Source of the DNA: an uncultured Verrucomicrobiae bacterium
Lineage (GTDB): Bacteria; Verrucomicrobiota; Verrucomicrobiia; Limisphaerales; Palsa-1400
Reading direction: 5' to 3'
NCBI GenBank assembly: GCA_963764165.1
Contig: CAVXRD010000003.1
Coordinates: 139,060-203,059, forward strand
Length of the DNA stretch: 64,000 nt
Position numbers and translations under genes: made by a program. The notes below the pieces were generated by a model. It was not told where the DNA came from and made no database searches. It saw only the letters and a program-made list of their open reading frames with translations. Positions within the stretch are counted from its first letter, which is position 1; every line of letters begins with the position of its first letter. This document shows positions 56,851 to 64,000 of the stretch, in pieces.

Positions 56851-58275
56851 CTAAGGCTTAAAGCACAGAACAATCGCGCTGGCATGTGCAACATTCAGGA
56901 TGGCTGCGCCGTCGAGAAGGGCAAGATTCTCTGGTGAGCCTGCGGACCAGGCTCCGTCGTCGCTCACCTGGCTGCCGGCAAAACTAACTTGGTCCGTGCT
57001 CGCCATCGTCGGCGCTTGCAGGTGGAAGCAGTCCGCTTTGGTGTATCTGCCGGGAACGCTTGCTTTGACGCTGGCGTCTTTCGAAAAATCTTTATTGATG
57101 ACAGTGAGCCAGAGAAGGCCCTGTTCGTCTTTGGTGGCATATGCAGTCAAATTGCTTGCGCCATCCATCGTGAGCCGCACCAGGACACCCTTTCCGGCAA
57201 AGGCGAAAGCGAGCATTCCATAATATTCCGGGCAAGCCCGCGCGTGGCCTGCCGCGTCATGGACAATTGGAGAATAATGGCTGATCCAGGCAAGATGATT
57301 GATGTCGGTTTCCATGTTGACTCCGTCACACCCATAGGAAGCCAGCCGGAACATGAAATCCAAACACCACAAGGCTGAGCCAAAGGTATCGCTCACGCCA
57401 ACTTTTCCTCCCCCCGAGTAAGAATTGACCTCGTTGATGCGAAAAGCCACGCCGTGAGCGCGGCCCACGCCTCGCATGCCATCCAACCTGCGCTCGAGGC
57501 CTTCATCGGGCGCGAGGAGTCTCGCCAAGGTGGACTTTGGCTCTCCCGCTCCTCCTCGATAGTAATGGATCGTCAATAATTTTATGTCAGCGCTTTCGGT
57601 GTCAGCGAAATTGGTGACCCAACGGAGGTTGCCGATGGAATCGGGCCCGGAAAACGGCGCGTCTGGCAAAACTGCGCGTATCGCCCTCTTGTAATCGAGA
57701 AAAGCCGCGTGATACGCGTCATAACCCGCGAAACGGCGCAAGGCTTCAACTTCATTGCCAATCTCAAAAGATTGCAAGCTGGTTCCCAGCGCCGCGTTGA
57801 CCGCGAGAGCTTCCCGCACCGCTTCTTCCTTGGAGCCGGTGCCAAGGTTAAGGCCCCACATGACCCTCCAGCCGGCCGCGCGCGCGAACTGGCCCAAGTC
57901 ATCCAGATTCTGGCGATTGATGATCGTCACCTCTGTTTGCGAGCGCGGCGCGGCCACCCCATTGGCCTCGTATTTGGTGTGGTCGGACACGTTGCCGCCA
58001 ATGCGAATCAAGCCGTGCGGACTCAAATTATGGAACAGCCGCAGCATCGTTGCATTGCTGCCCGTGAAAAAATTCGATTGGGCCACGGCCGAGGTTTCGT
58101 ATCCAAACCCAATAAAATCTGGCGAAATGTGACTGACGATTATTGCCGGATCTATGTGAATTTTGGCCGCGATCGGCGAGGGCGCGCTTGCCTGGTCCTG
58201 CGCGTGGAGACGCTCCGCAAAGGACGACGTCCACAGAATAGCGGTGACGAGCCGCAGCGGGGTAAGGCTTCGCAT
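56851..58275 (-). CDS. Glycoside hydrolase family 79-like (beta-glucuronidase/heparanase)
   Basis: IRIGGN, WGLNL, FEIGNE (acid/base), RINEVNS (nucleophile), GVSDTFGSALW.LD, and PEYYGML. Confidence 0.85.
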   Translation of the reverse strand: MRSLTPLRLVTAILWTSSFAERLHAQDQASAPSPIAAKIHIDPAIIVSHISPDFIGFGYETSAVAQSNFFTGSNATMLRLFHNLSPHGLIRIGGNVSDHTKYEANGVAAPRSQTEVTIINRQNLDDLGQFARAAGWRVMWGLNLGTGSKEEAVREALAVNAALGTSLQSFEIGNEVEALRRFAGYDAYHAAFLDYKRAIRAVLPDAPFSGPDSIGNLRWVTNFADTESADIKLLTIHYYRGGAGEPKSTLARLLAPDEGLERRLDGMRGVGRAHGVAFRINEVNSYSGGGKVGVSDTFGSALWCLDFMFRLASYGCDGVNMETDINHLAWISHYSPIVHDAAGHARACPEYYGMLAFAFAGKGVLVRLTMDGASNLTAYATKDEQGLLWLTVINKDFSKDASVKASVPGRYTKADCFHLQAPTMASTDQVSFAGSQVSDDGAWSAGSPENLALLDGAAILNVAHASAIVLCFKP

Positions 58276-58302
58276 TGGATTTGTGATCGGACTGAGTTTG
58301 GA

Positions 58303-58377
58303 TGGTGCGCGCTGTAGGTTTCGAACCTACGACCCCTACCGTGTGAAGGTAATGCTCTACCACTGAGCTAAGCGCGC
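58303..58377 (-). tRNA. tRNA-Val (anticodon CAC)
   Basis: GCGCGCTTAGCTCAGTGGTAGAGCATTACCTTCACACGGTAGGGGTCGTAGGTTCGAAACCTACAGCGCGCACCA: full cloverleaf with encoded CCA. Confidence 0.97.
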
Positions 58378-58615
58378 AACGCCCGAATTATGCCGCAGTC
58401 AAAAAATGTCGCAAGCACTTTTCCTCGTTGGAATTCACTCTGTCGCCGGAGTCGCAAAAGGGTTAACGGCGCCAGCCAAAGTCACGCAGAACGGAGGGCG
58501 GCCATCGCGTTCACCGCCGGTGTCGAGGCCCGCGACTTTTCACTCGCCCATTTCTCGATTTTTTGGAGAAAATTACCGCAATGGGGGATCCGCACCACTA
58601 TGCTGAAAGGCGCTC

Positions 58616-60352
58616 GTGAATCCGAGTTTGCACAATCTTGTTCTCAAAGGCGACTTGCCGCGATTGAAAGAGTTGCTGAGTCATGGCTCCGGCAGCGCCG
58701 ATGTCAACGCTCCCGACTCGCTGGGCTGCACGTCACTCATGCGAGCGGTAGCGAATCCGAAAGTGAACGCCGAACTCGTTCGCACCCTCCTCGATCATGG
58801 CGCAGACATCAACAAGGCCCGCGTTCTTCAAGGCACGGTTCCTGCCAGCGCCATGGCGCTGGCTTTGGGCGCCGGCAACCCTGAAATTGTGCGCCTTTTA
58901 ATTGGCCGCGGAGGTGACGTCCACTACAAAACGGAGGGTGGATATGGAGCCTTGGTTGACGCCGTTCATGGGCGGGACGTTCTGCGCGACCCGTTATTGA
59001 TCGATCTGATCCGCTTGCTGATCGAGTGCGGTGTAGCGCTGAATGGAATTACGAGCTATGGGGAATCCGGCCTTCGCGTCCTTTCCCGCATCGGAAGATT
59101 CGACGCGGTGAAAGCTTTGCTCGACGCCGGGGCCGATCCCGCTCAACTGAAGTGGACTGCGCTGATGCGCGCCGTCGCGCTCGGTTCAGCGTCCGACGTG
59201 ATCCGAGAAATAGGGCAGGGCGCCGCGCTTGAGGATCGAGATTTCTGGGACCGGACGGCGTGGTTGATTGCCATCCAGACCGGCGATTTGGAAAAGGCGA
59301 GAATTCTTTATGACGCCGGAGCAAATCTTTGCGCGCGGGGCAGATGCGGCAAACCGCCCATCTTTTACGCCATTGAGAGCCATCAATTGCCGATGTTGAA
59401 CTGGCTTCTTGAGATTGGGGCTGGCGTTGAAGAGCTCGACGAATTTGAGCACACGCCGCTCATAAATGCGGTGGAGAGCAATAACCCGGCGGCCGTGCAA
59501 CGATTGCTGAAAGCAGGCGCAGATTTGATTGGCGTTCGGGGTCGGTCCGCTTTGGGTTTTGCGCGAACACGCGAAATCGCGCGGTGCTTGCTCGCGGCCG
59601 GCGCCGATCCGGGTCAGCTTTCGTTTGAGGCTCGGCGCGCGCTGCTGGGATTCGAGCCTGAGCCGAGCGCGATTCATTTCGACGTTGCGCCCGAAGACTT
59701 TCGCGGCCAGCAGACGCGGCGGTTTGGAATCAGCAATCCGCAAAAATTTGAAGGCGCATTTTACCAGGAAATGGTCAGATCGGGGATCAACGCGTTTCAA
59801 GCAGCGGAGGTCTTCCGCGAAAGCATCGAACCCATTCATCCTGTTTGGTGCGCTCAGCGATTCGGTCAATCCATCACCACTATGCCGGATGGACGCATCA
59901 TTCAGATCGGCGGCGAACATGAAGATTATTACGATGCCGATTTCTGCATTTACAACGACATTTTTGTTCACCATCCCACAGGGGCCATCGAATTTTTCGG
60001 GTATCCTGAAGCGGTCTTTCCGCCGACCGATTTTCATACCGCAACCTTGATCGGCGATCGTGTCATCTGGATTATCGGGTCCTTGGGTTATCTGGGCAAG
60101 CGACATTACGGCGAAACGCCCGTTTACCGCCTCGACACTGAATCATATCAGATTGAGAGGATTAAAATCGCCGGCAAATGTCCGGGATGGATTTATGGAC
60201 ATGCAGCTATCGCGCTCGCCGGAGGGAAGATTCAAATATCGGGCGGCGAAATTGTTTCGTTATCGGGCGATACAGAGTTGCATGCCAGGAACGATCAGTA
60301 TTTCGTATTGGATACGGAACAGAGTGCGTGGTCATCTCCGGCTTCCAAATAG
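58616..60352 (+). CDS. Ankyrin-repeat protein with a C-terminal kelch-like propeller fragment
   Basis: GCTSLMRAV..LLDHGADIN and HTPLINAV..LLKAGAD; C-terminal IIQIGGEHED, DFHTATL, GHAA. Confidence 0.85.
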   Translation: MNPSLHNLVLKGDLPRLKELLSHGSGSADVNAPDSLGCTSLMRAVANPKVNAELVRTLLDHGADINKARVLQGTVPASAMALALGAGNPEIVRLLIGRGGDVHYKTEGGYGALVDAVHGRDVLRDPLLIDLIRLLIECGVALNGITSYGESGLRVLSRIGRFDAVKALLDAGADPAQLKWTALMRAVALGSASDVIREIGQGAALEDRDFWDRTAWLIAIQTGDLEKARILYDAGANLCARGRCGKPPIFYAIESHQLPMLNWLLEIGAGVEELDEFEHTPLINAVESNNPAAVQRLLKAGADLIGVRGRSALGFARTREIARCLLAAGADPGQLSFEARRALLGFEPEPSAIHFDVAPEDFRGQQTRRFGISNPQKFEGAFYQEMVRSGINAFQAAEVFRESIEPIHPVWCAQRFGQSITTMPDGRIIQIGGEHEDYYDADFCIYNDIFVHHPTGAIEFFGYPEAVFPPTDFHTATLIGDRVIWIIGSLGYLGKRHYGETPVYRLDTESYQIERIKIAGKCPGWIYGHAAIALAGGKIQISGGEIVSLSGDTELHARNDQYFVLDTEQSAWSSPASK

Positions 60353-60554
60353 AAATTCGGACGTCGCCGCAGAGCGCCAGAGGCGCGGCAGTGTTGTAGA
60401 AACGGCCAAAAAAAGATTCACCAAGCTCCTTCTGGCGCGGCATCGTGCGCCTGTGAACGCACTCACATAGCGGGGTAAGAGTTCCCGTCAGGCCGAAATA
60501 TCGCCGGCCTGTGGCTCGATTACACTGGCGCCCGCCAGGGAAAACGCTCGATTT

Positions 60555-61310
60555 TTGCCGCGCATCCGTCACGCTGGGACGGTGCAGCGACATTCATGCG
60601 CCCTGTTTGGGTCACTCTCAGTTATTGCTGCTTATATTCTCATTCGCAGTTCTATCTATCATTTTTTTCCCGTCGATTCGCTGGAGGCATGGTTTTCGCG
60701 AGACACTTTGATGTCGATGCCCCGCCTTGGAGCGTTCGCCGTTTTAGTGCTTCTCAATCGAAGGTGGGCGGCTGTTCGATTTGACCTGAGGCTCAGAGAA
60801 TTTGGCAAAGCGATGCTCATGGGGGCCGTTCCTTTGGCGTTGTGGGCATTCTATTTTAGTGGAGGGGAAGGGGAGGCATTCACAAGATTTCAGATGCTGG
60901 TGGGATTCTTTACGAGCTTGGGTGTCGGAATATTCGAGGAATATGCATTCCGCGGGCCATTGCTTTTTGCTCTCCGCCAGCATTTATCTTTGTTGACTAG
61001 CGTCGTCCTTGGCAGCGCCCTTTTCGCTGCTTACCATGTCCAGGCGCAGCCGATTGAAGGCTGGGTAGCCATATTCTTGACGGGAGTCATTTACGCGAAT
61101 CTCCGCTTTCGCGGATTGAGCCTTGGCTGGCTGGCGGCAATTCACGGCGTGACCGATGCCTTGTTCTTCGCATTTCCCGATAACCCTCCAAATCTGTTCA
61201 ACTTCTACGGCTTGATCTTGCAAGCGGGTTTGCTGATCTACGCAGTGATGAGTTTTCCTCGGAAAAAGGCCGCGGAGGCGCCGCCCGCTGATGGCAAGAA
61301 TGACAATTGA
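60555..61310 (+). CDS. CPBP (CAAX/Abi) intramembrane metalloprotease
   Basis: FEEYAFRG, LFAAYH, AAIHGVTD; multiple TM segments. Confidence 0.88.
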   Translation: MPRIRHAGTVQRHSCALFGSLSVIAAYILIRSSIYHFFPVDSLEAWFSRDTLMSMPRLGAFAVLVLLNRRWAAVRFDLRLREFGKAMLMGAVPLALWAFYFSGGEGEAFTRFQMLVGFFTSLGVGIFEEYAFRGPLLFALRQHLSLLTSVVLGSALFAAYHVQAQPIEGWVAIFLTGVIYANLRFRGLSLGWLAAIHGVTDALFFAFPDNPPNLFNFYGLILQAGLLIYAVMSFPRKKAAEAPPADGKNDN

Positions 61311-61411
61311 GCCAGGCTGCAAAATCCTGTTTGGCTGGTTGAATTGTCACCAGCACAGAACCGCGAGCGGTTCTGCCGTCTTTTACCACAATAATTCCGC
61401 GGCAGTTGGAC

Positions 61412-62566
61412 TCACCGGTGGCCCGCATCCTTGGTGGCAGCAAATGCCGCCGCCACCGCCGCTCCGCCCTGAATCGCACTCGAGGGGCGCGGATGGTCCG
61501 CATTGAAGACGCGCAACGATTCCGCCGGCACGATCGCATCGCTTTCATTCGCATCGGCTGCATTTAATTTCCATTGCTGAGCCACAAATCGATACATCGC
61601 CTGGCGCTTGGTCGGCCCGTAGTCGTGTCCTTCCGTGCCAAAATGGACATTCGCCACCGCGTTTGACGCGCCCAATATATCGTAAACACTGCGAATATAG
61701 GGAAACTCCACCTTCGGGACGTTCCTTGTCCAATCCTGGCCGTCGGAAATAATGCACTGCGGTTTCGGGGCGAACAGCGCGGCAATTTCAGCATTGTCTG
61801 TGTCGTGGGTCGCGGAATGGTGAATTGGCAGGCCGCTCTCGCAAATGCAGCCGCCGAAGAAATGCGCGGAGACCTGCACCACCGGCACGCTCAGGCCAAG
61901 CCGCGCGTCCACCGCTCCGAGCAGAAACGTCTGCGTGCCGCCGCCCGACTCGCCGGTGCAGCCAAGCCGCGCCGCATCGACTTCGGGCAGGCTCGTTAGA
62001 AAATCCAGAGCTCGCATGCTGTCCCAGAGTTGGAAGGTCAGCGCGTTCGGATCGTGATGCTCAACTTGAGTGGAATCTGTATAACCCACCATATCGTAGG
62101 CGAACGCCATCACACCCATCCGCGCCAGCCCGGCGCAGCGCGCCTGCATCATTTCGCTGATGCGCGGTGTCCCATCCCAATGTCCGTGCGTGCAAAGCAT
62201 GGCCGGCCATGGACCCGACCCGCGCGTTGGCCGATACAAATTGCCCGTAACATAAAACCCGGGAACACTCTCGAATGCGACATTCTCCACCGTGAAGCCC
62301 TTTTTCTCCTGCCGCCCCCACGTCCTGACATTCAGCGGGCAACGCTTGGGGAGGGGAGAGAGATTGGCGCCAGCAAGGATGCCGCGCCGAATATTTTCCG
62401 CCCGCGATTCCCATTCCGATTGATTGTGCCAAGTCCGCCGAAACGCCTCCAACTGCTGGCGGCCCTGATCCTCAGTCAGGCGCGGCTCCTTCCTCGGCAG
62501 CGCCTGCGCGAACAAGCCCGATGTAGTTAGCAAAACAACTCCTGTAACCGCCCATCGAAATCGCAT
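61412..62566 (-). CDS. Secreted alpha/beta-hydrolase (acetylxylan esterase-like)
   Basis: ENVAFES.PG, LCTHGH, GCTGESGGGTQT nucleophile elbow, and GHDYG His. Confidence 0.85.
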   Translation of the reverse strand: MRFRWAVTGVVLLTTSGLFAQALPRKEPRLTEDQGRQQLEAFRRTWHNQSEWESRAENIRRGILAGANLSPLPKRCPLNVRTWGRQEKKGFTVENVAFESVPGFYVTGNLYRPTRGSGPWPAMLCTHGHWDGTPRISEMMQARCAGLARMGVMAFAYDMVGYTDSTQVEHHDPNALTFQLWDSMRALDFLTSLPEVDAARLGCTGESGGGTQTFLLGAVDARLGLSVPVVQVSAHFFGGCICESGLPIHHSATHDTDNAEIAALFAPKPQCIISDGQDWTRNVPKVEFPYIRSVYDILGASNAVANVHFGTEGHDYGPTKRQAMYRFVAQQWKLNAADANESDAIVPAESLRVFNADHPRPSSAIQGGAAVAAAFAATKDAGHR

Positions 62567-62751
62567 TCGATCATCAGGGCGCTAGGGCGTCTGTTCTGTC
62601 AACGCAAAATTGAGCAGGACCGATTGATAAGCTAGACGGCTTCGAAATTGCTTTTCGGATCTGATTGGCGGAACCTTTCATACATTGAGCGATAATCAGA
62701 AGATATGCGTGAAATAAGCCATTCGGGAAAGGTGGAAATTGTGACGCCGGT

Positions 62752-63162
62752 TCATATCAAAGGATCCACGGTTTGAACGCCAGCAGGTTCAAAATGACGC
62801 TTATTATGGGTCGCGACAGTGTGACGGTGAAATAATGCGGTGGCGGCAATCAGAGAATCTTCACACGTCATCGTGCGATTCTTCGCCTTGAGGTCTGCAA
62901 GCAGTTCCTTCCACCTAACCAGCACAGGTTCGGTTAGTTCTTCGGTGGCAGGAGCGAGCCTCTGCCGCAAGTTGGTCAGCCATGCGCCGAGGCTCTCCTT
63001 GTGCGCAACTGGGGCTCGACCCAGTCCGAACTGCAACTCGGCGAATGAAACCACGCTCAGGAAAATATCCGCCTCGTGGGTCTGCACCCAGCGCTCGAGT
63101 TTGGGCGGCACTTGCTTCCGCTCAAGCATGGACAGCAAGTCCGTGTCGATCAGGAAGCTCAC
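62752..63162 (-). CDS. PIN-domain (VapC/FitB-like) toxin
   Basis: FLIDTDLLS, SVVSFAELQFG, DSLIAATA..VATHNKRHFEPAGV..DP. Confidence 0.9.
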   Translation of the reverse strand: MSFLIDTDLLSMLERKQVPPKLERWVQTHEADIFLSVVSFAELQFGLGRAPVAHKESLGAWLTNLRQRLAPATEELTEPVLVRWKELLADLKAKNRTMTCEDSLIAATALFHRHTVATHNKRHFEPAGVQTVDPLI

Positions 63163-63407
63163 TTGAAGGGCAGGTTATGCCGCTCCGGCAGCGGGATCGG
63201 AACCGGGCAGCTTGCGAAAAGCCGAAGCAGTCCGACAGCTCCGCGGCGTTTGGCTGGTTTGGGAGTTAGCACGATGCTGTTTTTGCCATCGCGCATCGGA
63301 CGCACCTCGACCACGCCGCCCTGAGACAAGCCAGAGGCATCCCGCCACCACTTTGGGAGTGTGCTCTGGCCGACTTTGGAAACTGTCATTGTGTCCAAAT
63401 TCTTCAC
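63159..63407 (-). CDS. AbrB/MazE-like antitoxin
   Basis: TVSKVGQSTLPKWWR..LSQGGVVEV; ATGA overlap with the PIN gene. Confidence 0.8.
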   Translation of the reverse strand: MKNLDTMTVSKVGQSTLPKWWRDASGLSQGGVVEVRPMRDGKNSIVLTPKPAKRRGAVGLLRLFASCPVPIPLPERHNLPFK

Positions 63408-63547
63408 GTTTTAAGGATTCCTTAAAACTACCTTTTGTCAAGACAGGGTGGGACGCAGTGAAGCCTTGACGATGTGATTGCAATTTGACGTTGACGGCAT
63501 CGGGACAATGTTGGGATTATTTCTATGACACAAAACCAATAGAATCC

Positions 63548-64000
63548 GTGCCAAGCAAAAAGATCCAGGCCAGCGGCGAATATTGTCAAAGAATTAATCG
63601 AGTCATTGATTTTCTTCGCGGGAATCTGAATCGCCAGGTGAAACTGGAGGAACTGGCGAAAGTGGCCTGCTTCTCGGAATTTCATTTCCATCGAATCTTT
63701 CGCGCCGTTTCGGGCGAAACCGTCAATAATTTTACGAACCGCCTTCGTCTCGAGAAAGCCGCTCGCCATCTTCGTTTTTCCGACCGAAGTTTGACCGATA
63801 TAGCTTTGGATTGTGGTTTTTCATCATCGTCCACCTTCTCGCGCGCCTTCCGATGCGGCTACGACACTTCGCCAAGCCAGTTTCGAAAAAGCGGCGAAAT
63901 CAAAAAGAGCAAGATTTGCAAAGAACTGCGCACGGGGCAGGAATATGTTCTCCCCATGAGCGCGGAAGAAAAGAGAGCCGCCTTTCCGGTGAAATTGATC
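63548..64000 (+). CDS. AraC-family transcriptional regulator, truncated by the window end
   Basis: GTG start at 63548; LEELAKVACFSEFHFHRIF, RLRLEKAA, LTDIALDCGFSSSSTFSRAF. Confidence 0.9.
   Translation, partial: MPSKKIQASGEYCQRINRVIDFLRGNLNRQVKLEELAKVACFSEFHFHRIFRAVSGETVNNFTNRLRLEKAARHLRFSDRSLTDIALDCGFSSSSTFSRAFRCGYDTSPSQFRKSGEIKKSKICKELRTGQEYVLPMSAEEKRAAFPVKLI

Noticed and set aside
58303-58377. tRNA-Val as the att site of an integrated island
   Set aside because: I found no duplicated tRNA 3' end and no integrase in the window.

Overview
This is a GC-rich bacterial chromosome segment, most likely from Verrucomicrobiota (Pedosphaera/Limisphaerales-like). That assignment is an inference from the DUF1559 prepilin, the very large secreted Thr/Asn-rich multidomain proteins and the propeller-type NarL two-component pairs. 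Most of the window is glycan sensing, binding and degradation genes (TonB receptor, GxGYxYP, GH79, esterase, tandem CBM-like protein, two sensor kinase/regulator pairs), plus housekeeping and regulatory genes, tRNA-Val(CAC) and a 6S-like RNA. Three small toxin-antitoxin patches (17.5-18.9, 41.3-43.5 and 62.7-63.4 kb), several REP-like palindrome families and a two-copy MITE are interspersed. The best leads are: (1) an IS-like element without terminal inverted repeats (about 15.65-17.37 kb), whose protein has Rep_trans-like motifs rather than DDE or HUH motifs; (2) a surface protein of about 2100 aa that fuses a PQQ-type propeller, PA14 and a diheme cytochrome c; (3) a domain of about 190 aa, which I could not assign, present four times in two neighbouring proteins; (4) a C-terminal domain shared by four secreted proteins that may be a sorting signal. 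I found no CRISPR array, rRNA or integrase. All family calls come from motif recognition by eye; no database searches were run.
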